From the NCBI GenBank assembly GCA_963739645.1, contig CAVUBM010000080.1, positions 16,862 through 80,861 on the forward strand: DNA of 64,000 nucleotides. The letters are read 5' to 3'. Made by a program: the position numbers and the translations under genes. A model generated the notes under the pieces. That model saw only the letters and a program-made list of their open reading frames with translations, made no database searches and was not told the DNA's origin. Source of the DNA: an uncultured Actinomycetota bacterium. GTDB lineage: Bacteria; Actinomycetota; Actinomycetes; Streptosporangiales; Streptosporangiaceae. Position 1 is the stretch's first letter. Every line of letters starts with the position of its first letter. Positions 29,923 to 45,735 of the stretch are shown one piece after another.

Positions 29923-31185
29923 CTAGAGCAGGCCCGGCCGGTCGGCGAGGTCGGCGAGCAGCGCCGGCAGCAGCCGGTCCTCGGTGACGGCCTTGCCGCT
30001 CGCCTGCATCCGGCTGGCCAGCCGGGTGTCCCACGGGCTCTCCGCCGATGGGCCCTTGAGCGGCTCGGAGCTGGCGGCCAGCCCGGCCCGGTAGTCGTCC
30101 GCTCCCATCAGCCAGGGAGCCGCGCCCAGCCGCCGGATCGCCGCCGCCGTCGACCGCAGCCCGGGCCAGTCGAAGTCGCTGTGCCAGTGGATCCGGGTTC
30201 CGGTGGCCACCGCGGCCCGCAGCAGGCGGTAGCACGCCACCGACGGCTCGCCCTCGGTGCAGACCAGCGGCGCGCTGTCGGCACCCAGCTGGGCGGCGGC
30301 CGCACGCAGCACCGCCGGGTTCTCGCAGACGCGCAGGTCAATGGCCAGGGGCATGATCGGCATGACGGTCAGCTGGTGCAGGGTGACCCGGAACGGCTCC
30401 CCCGCCTCGGCCGCTTCGGTCAGCCAGCTGCCCAGCGCCGCCCCGGCCGCCCGGACGTTGAGCACGAGCACCTGGCTGGCCAGGTCGTCGCCGACCGCCC
30501 CGGCCGCGGTCCACAGGGCGCGTTCGGCCTCCGGGTCGGCCGGCACCGGCACGTCCTCGCGGAGCGCGAGCGCCCGCAGCACCAGCCCGGCCAGCGGCGT
30601 CGCGGCCAGGGCGCTGGTGTCGCCGGTGACCGCCTCGGCCAGGGCGGGCAGCAGCACCGCGGGCTCGTCAGGCCCGGCCGGAAGCCGTTCCAGCACGGCT
30701 GTGGCCTGGGCCACCAGCTGTCCCTGCCCCTGGCGGACCAGCCGGGTCAGGGTGCCGTCCCGGCTGATCTCGTCCAGCCAGGTCACGTGCCAGGCCCGGG
30801 TGGCGAGCTGGCTGCGCCGGGCCGCATCGAGCACGTCCTGGAACCGCCGGACCTCCGTGGCCCGCTCCGCCGCCCGGTCCCGGACCGGGCCGGACACCGT
30901 CTCGACCGCCGCGCGCAGCCCGGTCTCGATCCCGGCCCGGCGCAACGCGGCGTCCACCTCGGGCAGCGGGATGCTGAGCGAGGTGCCGCGCCCGGCGGCG
31001 CGGCCGAGCAGGCGGGCGGCGGCGCGGCGCTGCTCGGCGGTGGCTCCCACCAGCGTGACGGTGCCGTCGACGGGCTCCCCGCGCTCCAGGCGGATCCGGA
31101 TCCGGTCCACGAGCCAGCCCAGCTCCGGCGCGCCCAGCAGCAGCTGCAGCTGCTCCGGACTGGTGACCCCGGAGTCACTCACCAC
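29923..31185 (-). CDS. TIGR02679-family protein (DUF3323 N-domain plus Toprim-like DUF2399 C-domain; JetD-like), orphan
   Basis: C-terminal block VCENPAVLRAAAAQLG...PLVCTEGEPSVACYRLL...TRIHWHSDFDWPGL (acidic E ... DxD pattern of Toprim-like JetD C-domains). No TIGR02677/02678/02680 partners in the window. GTG start assumed near 31185. Confidence 0.6.
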   Translation of the reverse strand: MVSDSGVTSPEQLQLLLGAPELGWLVDRIRIRLERGEPVDGTVTLVGATAEQRRAAARLLGRAAGRGTSLSIPLPEVDAALRRAGIETGLRAAVETVSGPVRDRAAERATEVRRFQDVLDAARRSQLATRAWHVTWLDEISRDGTLTRLVRQGQGQLVAQATAVLERLPAGPDEPAVLLPALAEAVTGDTSALAATPLAGLVLRALALREDVPVPADPEAERALWTAAGAVGDDLASQVLVLNVRAAGAALGSWLTEAAEAGEPFRVTLHQLTVMPIMPLAIDLRVCENPAVLRAAAAQLGADSAPLVCTEGEPSVACYRLLRAAVATGTRIHWHSDFDWPGLRSTAAAIRRLGAAPWLMGADDYRAGLAASSEPLKGPSAESPWDTRLASRMQASGKAVTEDRLLPALLADLADRPGLL

Positions 31186-31486
31186 GGGCCCACCCCGGCG
31201 GTCTCGGACCCGCTCGCGGCGGTGCGATAACGAAACCGGCCTAACATGGCGATACCGGGCACGGTAAAGCAGAACCCCCATCCTGCTCGCTGGCCATCAC
31301 CACACCCGGGCGGACGCGGTCAGCCGGGCCGAGAAACGTGGCCCTGCCTTCATCATCGACCCCGGCGGACGCCCCTTCAAGCAGCAACTTCCCCCGCTGC
31401 TGGCCCCGGGCCAGAGACATCACGACTCCGGCAGCAGTATGCCGGAGCCAGCGGGCGCCGGGGCCTGGCCACGCCGCGAGTCCCGG

Positions 31487-32365
31487 CTAGGGCACGGGCT
31501 CGGCGGCGTCGTCGCTGTCCAGCGCGCCGACGCCGGGGACCGCCTCCAGGGCGGCCCGCACCACGGCCAGGCGGACCCGCCGGGCCCGCATGATCTGCCA
31601 GGCGTGTGGCACCGCGACCGCGACCAGCGCCGCGATGATGGCGAGCAGCGCGTAATGCGAGACGAGGTTGGCCGCGTGCACCCCGGCCGGGCCCAGCTCG
31701 TACCCCAGCCCGGCGAGCAGGGCGGCCCAGGCGGCGGAGCCGATCAGGTCGAACACCAGGAACGGGACAAGTCCCAGCCCGACCCAGCCCGCTGCCGCGT
31801 AGACCAAGGGCGCGGGGACGCCGGGCAGGATACCGGTCAGCAGCACCGCAAGCCCGGCAAATCGCGACCCGCGCTGCTCGGCCATGCGGGCCAGGGCGGC
31901 CGCGCGGCCGTGGCGGGCGCCGAGCCACTGCACGGCGCCGTGCCCCCATAGTCGTCCGGCCCACCAGAACAGCAGGTCGAACTTCATGAGGCCGACCAGC
32001 GCCGCGGCGACCACCACGGTCATCTGCAGCTTGCTGTCGACATCGGAGAACGCACCCGCGGCCACGATCGACGGGGTCGAGCCGGAGAGCACCTCGAGCA
32101 GCACCGGGTGGGTAGAGATGAGCGACGGCGTCAGCGGGATCATCGCGAGGCCGTAGAGACTGCTCAGCACCAGCCCGGCCAGGCAGGCGATGTCGCGGAC
32201 CCGCGCCCGGCCGGTCCACGGCCGCCACCGCCGCGCGGGAACCGTCGGGGCCGGCGCAGCAGCGGCCGGATCCGGCGGGGCGTCGCCGGGCAGGCCGCGG
32301 CCCGGCCCGGGAAGTCCCGGTGGCTCGCCGGCCAGCGGTTCGCTCATCCAGTCCCCTTTCTGCAC
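31487..32365 (-). CDS. DedA/VTT-domain membrane protein
   Basis: Multiple TM helices. FDLLFWWAGRLWGHGAVQWL...RFAGLAVLLTGILPGVPAPLVYAAAGW. Confidence 0.6.
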   Translation of the reverse strand: MQKGDWMSEPLAGEPPGLPGPGRGLPGDAPPDPAAAAPAPTVPARRWRPWTGRARVRDIACLAGLVLSSLYGLAMIPLTPSLISTHPVLLEVLSGSTPSIVAAGAFSDVDSKLQMTVVVAAALVGLMKFDLLFWWAGRLWGHGAVQWLGARHGRAAALARMAEQRGSRFAGLAVLLTGILPGVPAPLVYAAAGWVGLGLVPFLVFDLIGSAAWAALLAGLGYELGPAGVHAANLVSHYALLAIIAALVAVAVPHAWQIMRARRVRLAVVRAALEAVPGVGALDSDDAAEPVP

Positions 32366-32430
32366 TTCAGTGTGGGTGCTCGGGGCCCTGGCCGCAACGC
32401 GAAGCGCTGGCCTGATGATGCCCGGCCTGC

Positions 32431-32985
32431 TCAGGCCCTATGCCGGTAGAGGTCGCGCAGCACGGCGATCTCCGCGCCGTGGTGGATGGCCTCTCGGTTG
32501 ATGTGCAGCACCAGTTCCGCCATCGGGTGCTCCGCATACGGTCCCTCGGCCGGGCCGCACGGCCGGGCCAGGCCTTCATCACCGAGGCCGCGCGCGCCCT
32601 TGATCCAGCCCGCGTACGCGTCGTCGAGCTGAGCCAGCGCCTGTGCGGCGGAGCCTGCGAACGCGAAGGTCTGGTAGTCCACGGGCGGGCCCCCGAAGTG
32701 CCCGGCGTTGCGCATGCCGAACACGCCCACGATGATGTGCGCGAGCCGCCAGGCGATGGTCGTCACGGGCGGCGGGTCCGGCTCAGGGAACGCGAAGTCG
32801 GCCGTGTAGTCACCCGAACCCGGCGCGGCCGCGTTGCTTTCCCCGCGCGGGCGGATGCTCCAGCAGCCTGCGACCGGCTCCCAGAAGTACTCCTCGTCGG
32901 TCAGCCCGTCCATCCGGGGGCGCAGCTGGGTCCGCCAGTGCAAGTCGAGCTGATCGGTCAGCAGGGTGTTCCAGTCGATGTCCAT
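32431..32985 (-). CDS. DinB-family (DinB_2-like) protein
   Basis: 184 aa. LDLHWRTQLRPRMDGLTDEEYFWEP...TIAWRLAHI...LVLHINREAIHHGAEIAVLRDLY. Confidence 0.65.
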   Translation of the reverse strand: MDIDWNTLLTDQLDLHWRTQLRPRMDGLTDEEYFWEPVAGCWSIRPRGESNAAAPGSGDYTADFAFPEPDPPPVTTIAWRLAHIIVGVFGMRNAGHFGGPPVDYQTFAFAGSAAQALAQLDDAYAGWIKGARGLGDEGLARPCGPAEGPYAEHPMAELVLHINREAIHHGAEIAVLRDLYRHRA

Positions 32986-32997
32986 GAGCCAACGCTA

Positions 32998-33028
32998 GGC
33001 CGTGCCTGCCCGGCGGGCAGACACGGCC
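32998..33028 (-). terminator. Strong hairpin downstream of fprA copy 1
   Basis: GGCCGTG-c-CTGCCCG-g-CGGGCAG-a-CACGGCC, 19 nt past the stop at 33047. No U-tract. Confidence 0.55.
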
Positions 33029-33046
33029 AGGCGCAGCGGACCGCGG

Positions 33047-34555
<1,509 letters not shown>

Positions 34556-34639
34556 AACGTGCGTATCTACCATGCGGTGTGGGGGCCTGCCACCAGATCG
34601 GGCCGAGCGCCAGGCCCGCTCAACCCTTGGGGGGGTAGC

Positions 34640-36112
<1,473 letters not shown>

Positions 36113-36128
36113 AACGTGCGTATCTGTA

Positions 36129-38051
36129 TCACGCAGTGTGATCGTGCGCAAGCTCCGGGGTACGGCGCGCCACGGCCTCGGTGATGGCCCGCGCCAGATG
36201 CTGCGGCGCCAGGCCCAGGTCGTCCAGGATCTGGCCCCGCTCGCCCTGCTCCAGGAACCGCTGCGGCAGGCCGAACGTCCGCGCCGGGGTATCCACCTCG
36301 TGGTCCCGCAGCATCCGGCATAGGGCGTCGCCGAACCCGCCCGCGCGGCCGTTGTCCTCGACCGTCACCACGAGCCGGTGCCCGCGCGCCGCGTCCACCA
36401 GGGCCTCGTCCAGCGGCTTGACCCAGCGCGGGTCGACGACCGTGACGCCGATGCCGTGGTCGGCGAGGCGTTCCGCGGCCTGGACGCAGACCACCGCCAT
36501 GGTCCCGGCCCCGACCAGCAGCACGTCCTGGGCGGCACCCGCGGCCGGCCGGGCCAGCACGTCCGCACCGCCGAGCTTGGCCACCGCCTCGACCTCGGTG
36601 CCGACCGTGGCCCGCGGGTAGCGGAGCACGGTGGGGCCGTCGCTCACCGCCACCGCCTCGCTGAGCAGCTCGGCCAGGCGGGTGGCATCCCGCGGCACCG
36701 CGATCTTCAGACCCGGCACCACCTGCAGGATCGAGCCGTCCCACATGCCATGGTGGCTGGCCCCGTCCGGCCCGGTCACCCCGGCCCGGTCCAGCGCGAC
36801 AGTCACCGGCAGCTTGTGCAGGGCCACGTCCATCAGCAACTGGTCAAAGGCCCGGTTCAGGAACGTCGCGTAGATGGCGACCACCGGGTGCATGCCGCCC
36901 AGGGCCAGGCCCGCGGCGCTGGTCATCGCGTGCTGCTCGGCGATCCCCACGTCGAAGACCCGCTCCGGGTACGCCCGGGCGAACGCGGCCAGGCCGGTCG
37001 GGTGCAGCATCGCCGCGGTGATCGCGACCACGTCCGGGCGGCGGCCGCCGATCGCGACCAGTTCGTCGCCGAACACGCTGGACCAGGTGCGCGGCGCAAT
37101 GGCTGGGGTCGGGTCGGCGGGCGCGATGGCAGCCGGCCTGGCCGGCGGGACTTGGTGCAGGCAGTCCTCGTCGTTCTGCTCGGCCAGCGGGTAGCCGAAC
37201 CCCTTCTTGGTGATCACGTGCACGAGCACCGCGCCGCCGAAGTCGCGGGCCCGGCGCAGGGCGTGCTCCACGGCCTGCTCGTCATGGCCGTCGATGGGTC
37301 CGAGGTACTTCAGGCCGAGGTCCTCGAACAGCACCTGCGGCTGCAGCACATCCTTGATGCCCTTCTTGATCCCGTGCAGCGTGTCGTAGATGGGTGGGCC
37401 GACGACCGGGGTGTGCGACAGCGTGGTCTTGATGTAGTCGAGCACGTTCTCGTACCGCTGCGAGATCCGCACCGAGGCCAGGTGGTCGGCCAGGCCGCCG
37501 ATCGTCGGCTGGTAGGAACGGCCGTTGTCGTTGACCACGATGACCACGCGCCGGTCGGGCGCCCCGGCGATGTTGTTCAGCGCTTCCCAGGCCATGCCGC
37601 CGGTGAGCGCGCCGTCGCCGATCACGGCGACCACGGAGCGGTGGGACTCGTCCCGCAGCTGATAGGCCTTGGCCAGGCCATCGGCGTAGCACAGGCCGGT
37701 GGACGCGTGCGAGTTCTCGATCACGTCATGCTCGGACTCGGCCTGGCTTGGGTAGCCCGAGATGCCGCCGACCTGCCGCAGCGTGCCGAATTCGGCCTGC
37801 CGGCCGGTGAGCAGCTTGTGCACGTACGCCTGGTGGCCGACGTCGAAGAGGATCTTGTCGACCGGCGAGTCGAAGACCCGGTGCAGGGCGATGGTCAGCT
37901 CCACCACGCCCAGGTTCGGCCCGAGGTGCCCGCCGTTCCTGGACACAGTCTGGATCAGCAGGTCGCGGATCTCCCCCGCCAGCCTGGGCAGTTGGTCCGG
38001 CCCGAGCTCCTTGAGGTCCGGTGGGCCTGAGATGGTCTCCAGCAGCGTCAC
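36129..38051 (-). CDS. dxs: 1-deoxy-D-xylulose-5-phosphate synthase
   Basis: 640 aa. [45 protein letters not shown]; [17 protein letters not shown]; [17 protein letters not shown]. Confidence 0.95.
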   Translation of the reverse strand: MTLLETISGPPDLKELGPDQLPRLAGEIRDLLIQTVSRNGGHLGPNLGVVELTIALHRVFDSPVDKILFDVGHQAYVHKLLTGRQAEFGTLRQVGGISGYPSQAESEHDVIENSHASTGLCYADGLAKAYQLRDESHRSVVAVIGDGALTGGMAWEALNNIAGAPDRRVVIVVNDNGRSYQPTIGGLADHLASVRISQRYENVLDYIKTTLSHTPVVGPPIYDTLHGIKKGIKDVLQPQVLFEDLGLKYLGPIDGHDEQAVEHALRRARDFGGAVLVHVITKKGFGYPLAEQNDEDCLHQVPPARPAAIAPADPTPAIAPRTWSSVFGDELVAIGGRRPDVVAITAAMLHPTGLAAFARAYPERVFDVGIAEQHAMTSAAGLALGGMHPVVAIYATFLNRAFDQLLMDVALHKLPVTVALDRAGVTGPDGASHHGMWDGSILQVVPGLKIAVPRDATRLAELLSEAVAVSDGPTVLRYPRATVGTEVEAVAKLGGADVLARPAAGAAQDVLLVGAGTMAVVCVQAAERLADHGIGVTVVDPRWVKPLDEALVDAARGHRLVVTVEDNGRAGGFGDALCRMLRDHEVDTPARTFGLPQRFLEQGERGQILDDLGLAPQHLARAITEAVARRTPELAHDHTA

Positions 38052-38143
38052 TTGGTCCGCTCCTCCGGGGTCGTCGGCCCACGGTCAGCCGGGCACACCG
38101 TCCTGCAGCGCAGGCAGCGGGTCTGTCCCGCAATCCACCGAGT

Positions 38144-38649
38144 CTAATTCGGGCGTTGCAGCGGGTGAACCGCGCGTCGCCGATGACACGCCGGCGGCCG
38201 GGCAGGCAGGCCGCGGTGCGGCGGGCCGGCCTCGCCGGGCAACAGCCTGGCCACCCCGGCGGCCACCACCGGGGTGAGCTCCCAGAGGCCGGGGTGGCTC
38301 AGGGCGATGACCGGCCACTTCAGCGGCCAGGGGTCCGCCACCCGCCAGTGATACTGGCCCGTGCTGGCCCACTGACCGCAGCGGCACGGCCGGCCCGACG
38401 CGGCCGCCGTGCAGACGCCGACCAGGCTGACCACGGCGACAATGCCGCCGGTCGATGCGGCCGGATCGGCCGAGTTCCAGTCGGCGACCGGGCCCGTGGG
38501 CTCGGATCGCGGGCCCCGGGATCGCCACGGGCCGAGGCGTAGATGGCGACCGCCCCGCGGTAGCCGGTGTTCGCGACGCGGTTCAGGATCCCGGTGTGCC
38601 CGCGCGCGATCGCCCACGCCCAGGGCTGCCGCACGCTGAGGGCCTGCAC
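38144..38649 (-). CDS. ASCH-domain protein; one frame break near 38540 as sequenced
   Basis: (V)QALSVRQPWAWAIARGHTGILNRVANTGYRGAVAIYASA in one frame, then GGIVAVVSLVGV...YHWRVADPWPLKWPVIALSHPGLWEL in another. Confidence 0.55.
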
Positions 38650-38809
38650 CAGTCGCCTCCCACCTGATGACGTAGGGCACGTTTTGGCGCACACGTTGCT
38701 AAAGACGTGATGCTGAACACACGTCAGAAACGCGAGCAGGGTTCACAACGGCTCGGAAAATGTCTCCCGGTGTGACCCGGGCCGCCGGACAAGGTGGCCG
38801 GGCACCGGG

Positions 38810-40211
38810 TCAGGCCGGCCGGGCTAACCCGGGCAGGGTCCGGGCCCGGCCGGCCAGCACACCGGCCGAGAGCTGCACCACGGTCGCGCCCAGCAGTGCC
38901 ATCACCGGGACATCCCAGCCACCGGTCACCCCGTGCAGGACCCCGATCGCGAGCGGGCCGCCCGTGGCGATCAGGTAGCCGACGCTCTGGGCAAACCCCG
39001 ACAGGGAGGCTGACGCGACCGGATCGGGCGCCCGGGCCACGGTGAAGAAGATGGCCAGGCCGAGCGAGGCGCCCTGCCCGAGGCCGAGCAGCAGGGTCCA
39101 GACGAAGGCGGTGCCGACCGGGGCGAGCAGTGCCCCGGTCAGGCCCACGGCGCTGGCCAGCGCCGCCGCGACGACCAGCACGCGCTGGTCGCGGGCGCGA
39201 TGCGCGAGCACGGGCATGAGCATGGCGGTGACCGCGTTGCCGAGGTTCATTAGCGCGAGCAGGTCGCCCGCGTGCTCAGGGCTCACGCCGCGGTCGCGGA
39301 AGAGCGTGGGCAGCCAGGACAGCGCCGCGTAATAGGTAAGGCTCTGTAGCCCCATGAACGCCGCGACCTGCCAGGCCAGCAGGTGCCGGTTCACGGGGGT
39401 CCGGCGGCTGACCCGGTGGCGGCCGGCTGTCGCGTTATCTGGCCCGGCCGGGCCCGGCCCCGCGGTCTGCGGTCCCGTGGTCTCCGGTCCCGTGGTCTCC
39501 GGTCCCGTGGTCTCCGGCCCCGCGGTTTCCAGTCCCTCGGCTTCCAGTCCATCGCTCTCCGGCCCCAGGGGGCCGGGGACCGTCCGGTACCGGACCTGCG
39601 GCAGCCACGCCACCGCGGCCGCCAGCGCCGGCAGCGCCCACAGGCCGAGGGTGAGCTGGACCGGCCAGCCCGCCACCGCCGCCGTCGAGCCGGCCGCGGC
39701 CTGGTACACCGGCACGGCGATCAGCGCCCCCACGACCGCGCCGCTGGACATCGTCAGCAGGTAGGCACCGATCAGCAGGCCCGCGTGGCCCGGGTGGCGC
39801 CGCTTGACCAGGCTGGGCAGCAGGACATTCATCAGCGCGATCGCGGCGCCCGCGAGCACCGTGCCGGGGAACAGCAGCACGCTCGGGCACGGCCCCCCGC
39901 AGCAGCAGCCCGGCGCCCAGCAGCAGCAGCCCGGCCAGCAGGACCCGTTCCTCACCGAACCTGCGGCTCAGCGGGGCGCCCAGCCCGGAGAACAGCCCGA
40001 AGCAGAGGACCGGGGTCGCCGCGAGCAGGGCGATCGTGCCCGAGGACAGGTGCAGTGCCGCAGACAGTTCAGGAAAGACCGGCGGCAGCCCGGTGATCGC
40101 GGCCCGGAGATTGACCGCAAGCGCCAGCATCCCGGCCACCAGGAGCGCCAGACCCGCGGTCCGGTGCGGCCGCCGCCCCGACGCCGCAGCTCCGGGCCGG
40201 GCCTCGGCCAT
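38810..40211 (-). CDS. MFS transporter (CynX/cyanate-permease-like); one frame break near 39885 as sequenced
   Basis: [29 protein letters not shown]...LLLRGAVP / [29 protein letters not shown]...[19 protein letters not shown]. The central loop carries pentapeptide repeats. Confidence 0.7.
39464..39553 (-). repeat. 15-bp tandem repeat (about 6 units, 3 near-perfect) encoding TGPET-type pentapeptides in the MFS central loop
   Basis: GGTCTCCGGTCCCGT repeated head to tail, degenerating toward 39553. Translates on the minus strand to [32 protein letters not shown]. Confidence 0.85.
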
Positions 40212-40257
40212 GCCGGGCAAGTCTGAATGGCGCACCCAAAGACGCTACCGTTGCCAG

Positions 40258-42351
40258 GTGACTGAGCAGCAGCCGGACATCGACAGCCTGCGACAGGGCC
40301 TGGACGAGGTCGACAGCGGGATCGTGCGCCTGATCGCGCAGCGCCGTGACCTGATCGAGGCCATCGCCACAGTAAAAGAGCAATATGACGCCGCCATCCA
40401 GGATTCCGACCGCGAGCGCCGGGTGCTCGACGGGGTCATCGCCGTGGCCACCGAGCTCGGCGTGTCCGCCAGCCTGGTGCGCGCTATCTTCCGCGAGCTG
40501 ATCAGCGATTCCGTGGCCCAGCAGGCCCGGCACCTGAGCGGGGACGAGGGCGGGAAGGTCCGGGTCGCGTTCCAGGGCGCCGCCCACGCCTACAGCGACG
40601 CGGCCGCGCAGAAGTACCTGGCGGGCCGCGGGCTCGACGGCGACCTGACCGGCTACCGCACGTTCCGCGAGGCCGCCGACGCGCTGCTGGCCAGCGACGC
40701 GGACCTCGCGGTGCTGCCGATCGAGAACACCACCGCCGGCAGCATCAACGAGGTCTACGCGCTGCTGCGGTCCCGCGACCTGTTCATCGTGGGCGAGGAG
40801 ACGTGGAAGGTCGACCACTGCCTGGCCGCGGCCCAGGAGGTGCCGCTGTCCGCGCTGAGCCAGATCCTGTCCCATCCGCAGGGGCTCGAGCAGTGTTCCC
40901 AGTTCCTGCAGTCCCTGCCGAACGCCACCCCGACCACGTACTTCGACACCGCGGGTGCGATGCAGGCGGTGGCGGCGGCGGGCGATCCGAGCATCGCCGC
41001 GATCGCGTCCCCGGAGGCCGCCGCCGCCTACGGGCTCGTGGTGCTGCGTCACGACATCTCGGATTCGCCGGACAACTTCACCAGGTTCGTGGTCCTCTCC
41101 CGCACCCCGACCACCGTCGACCTGCGGATTCCCTGCAAGACGAGCCTGATCCTGGTCACCGGGCACGAGGAGGGCGACCTGCTGAGGTGCCTGGAGGTGC
41201 TGTCCGGCAGCGGTCACTCGATGACCAAGCTCGAGTCGCGGCCGCGGCCCGGCCGGCCCTGGGAGTACATGTTCTTCCTCGACTTCGAGGGCAACGCCAC
41301 CGATCCCCGGACCGCGGCGGCGCTGGATGAACTGCGCGCGGCGGCGCTGTTCGTCAAGATCCTCGGCAGCTACCCGGCCAAGGCCCTGCGTGCCCCGGCC
41401 CGGCCCGGCGATGTCCCGGGCCAGGTGCCTGCCGGGCAGCCCGCCCCGCGGCCCGATTCCGCCACGCAGGACCCGGCCGAGATGCTGGAGGCCGTGGCCG
41501 CGGCGCCCCGGCCCACGGTGGGCCGGTCCCGGCACTACAAGCTGGTGGACCGCGCCGCCCGGCAGGACGACACCGTGATCCGGGTCGGCGACGTGCTGGT
41601 GGGCGGGGATGGCTTCGTGGTGATGGCCGGGCCGTGCTCGGTCGAGAGCAGCGAGCAGATCGGCGCGACCGCCCGGTTCGTCCGGGACCACGGCGCGCAC
41701 GTGCTGCGCGGCGGTGTGTTCAAGCCGCGGACGTCGCCGTACGCGTTCCAGGGGCTCGGCTGGGAGGGACTCGACCTGCTGGTCGCCGCGGGGCGCGAAA
41801 CCGGCCTGCCGGTGGTCACCGAGGTGATGGCCGTGGACCAGGTGCGGCGGATGGCGCAGACCGCCGACATCCTCCAGGTCGGCGCGCGCAACATGCAGAA
41901 TTTCGACCTGCTGCGCGAGCTCGGCAAGGTGGACCGCCCGGTGCTGCTCAAGCGCGGGCTGTCCAGCACCATCGAGGAATGGCTGGCGGCCGCTGAATAT
42001 GTGGTCGCCCAGGGCAACCAGCAGGTCATCCTGTGCGAGCGCGGCATCAGGACGTTCGAGAGCGCCACCCGTAACACCCTCGACCTGTCCGCCGTGGTCG
42101 TGATCCGCGAGCGGTCACACCTGCCAGTCATCGTCGACCCCAGCCACGGCACGGGCCTGCGCCGCTATGTCGCGCCGATGGCCTGGGCGGCCCGCGCCGC
42201 AGGCGCCCACGGCCTGCTCATCGAGGTCCACCCCGAGCCGGAGAAGGCGCTGTCCGACGCCGACCAGAGCCTGGCGTTCGACGAGTTCGCCGCGCTGATG
42301 AGCAAGCTCGGGGCGGTCCCGTCCGGCAGCGTGCCCGCCCCGGCTGGCTAG
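40258..42351 (+). CDS. Fusion protein: chorismate mutase (AroQ), prephenate dehydratase, ACT domain, then class I-beta DAHP synthase
   Basis: CM: [33 protein letters not shown]...RERRVLD. PDT: [21 protein letters not shown]...[18 protein letters not shown]...[14 protein letters not shown]: [22 protein letters not shown]...[24 protein letters not shown]. Pro-rich linker. DAHPS: [15 protein letters not shown]...[20 protein letters not shown]...[11 protein letters not shown]...[11 protein letters not shown]...VIVDPSHG. One uninterrupted frame. GTG 40258 assumed as start (ATG 40210 also possible). Confidence 0.8.
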   Translation: MTEQQPDIDSLRQGLDEVDSGIVRLIAQRRDLIEAIATVKEQYDAAIQDSDRERRVLDGVIAVATELGVSASLVRAIFRELISDSVAQQARHLSGDEGGKVRVAFQGAAHAYSDAAAQKYLAGRGLDGDLTGYRTFREAADALLASDADLAVLPIENTTAGSINEVYALLRSRDLFIVGEETWKVDHCLAAAQEVPLSALSQILSHPQGLEQCSQFLQSLPNATPTTYFDTAGAMQAVAAAGDPSIAAIASPEAAAAYGLVVLRHDISDSPDNFTRFVVLSRTPTTVDLRIPCKTSLILVTGHEEGDLLRCLEVLSGSGHSMTKLESRPRPGRPWEYMFFLDFEGNATDPRTAAALDELRAAALFVKILGSYPAKALRAPARPGDVPGQVPAGQPAPRPDSATQDPAEMLEAVAAAPRPTVGRSRHYKLVDRAARQDDTVIRVGDVLVGGDGFVVMAGPCSVESSEQIGATARFVRDHGAHVLRGGVFKPRTSPYAFQGLGWEGLDLLVAAGRETGLPVVTEVMAVDQVRRMAQTADILQVGARNMQNFDLLRELGKVDRPVLLKRGLSSTIEEWLAAAEYVVAQGNQQVILCERGIRTFESATRNTLDLSAVVVIRERSHLPVIVDPSHGTGLRRYVAPMAWAARAAGAHGLLIEVHPEPEKALSDADQSLAFDEFAALMSKLGAVPSGSVPAPAG

Positions 42352-42382
42352 CCCGGCGGGTCCTGGGGGTCGGCCCCCGGGC
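42351..42382. terminator. Hairpin between convergent stops (fusion gene / acnA)
   Basis: GGGGG-TCGG-CCCCC at 42365-42378, nested in GCCCGG...CCGGGC. No U-tract. Confidence 0.4.
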
Positions 42383-42386
42383 TAAC

Positions 42387-45180
<2,794 letters not shown>

Positions 45181-45336
45181 CGTCTGGCCTCCTGTCGCCA
45201 TTCCTGCGTCCCGCGCTGTTCGCATCTTCCCGCAGCCGCGTCCGCCCATTCCTGTCGGCCCCGCCGATGCCCGTAGCCACTCGGGCAAACACTTCCGGTA
45301 CGCCAGAGCCGGTCGCCTAGTCCATCTGCGCCAAGG

Positions 45337-45354
45337 TATCTCGACGTCAAGCTA
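45337..45354. promoter_or_regulatory. Candidate operator 1 upstream of acnA
   Basis: TATCTCGACGTCAAGCTA, a near-palindrome around GACGTC. Confidence 0.45.
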
Positions 45355-45378
45355 TCTGTTCCCAACCTAGCCCTGGCT

Positions 45379-45396
45379 TATCTTGACGTCAAGGTA
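45379..45396. promoter_or_regulatory. Candidate operator 2 upstream of acnA
   Basis: TATCTTGACGTCAAGGTA. The core CTTGACGTCAAG is a perfect 12-bp palindrome. Centre-to-centre spacing to site 1 is 42 bp. Confidence 0.45.
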
Positions 45397-45464
45397 CTCA
45401 GGTCCGGGCATAGGCACGGGCCGCCGGGCTGGAATGTCAGCCCGGCGGCCCGCGGCCCGGCTGG

Positions 45465-45602
45465 CTAGCCGGACGTGATCAGCGCCGCCATCTTCGGCGT
45501 GCCGATCCCGGTGGCCTCGTCATAGCCGGGCCTGGTCGGGAACCGGCCGTTGCTGGTCGCGGCCTGCTGCTTCGGGCCGACCCCGGTGATGTCGTGGAAA
45601 TA
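45465..45602 (-). pseudogene. C-terminal remnant (~45 aa) of an S53 (sedolisin-type) peptidase
   Basis: YFHDITGVGPKQQAATSNGRFPTRPGYDEATGIGTPKMAALITSG matches the family C-terminal pattern FhDIT.G.N...a..GyD..TGlGtP. No catalytic domain upstream. Confidence 0.5.
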
Positions 45603-45735
45603 CCGGCGCGCCCGTGCCGGGCGGGCGCGCCCAGCGCAGCCTAACCTGCGAGGAGGACGCCTCCACCAGCTAAAGGCCGCTGTGGCAGGCTCTCTGCTAC
45701 TGAATGTGCAGATGTTCGCCGGAAAGGCGCGTTGC

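Noticed and set aside
40036-40257. 74-codon N-terminal extension of the CM-PDT-DAHPS ORF
   Set aside because: It is antisense to the 5' end of the CynX-like gene, is Arg/Ala-rich, and precedes the recognisable start of the chorismate mutase helix. GTG 40258 (or ATG 40210) is more plausible.
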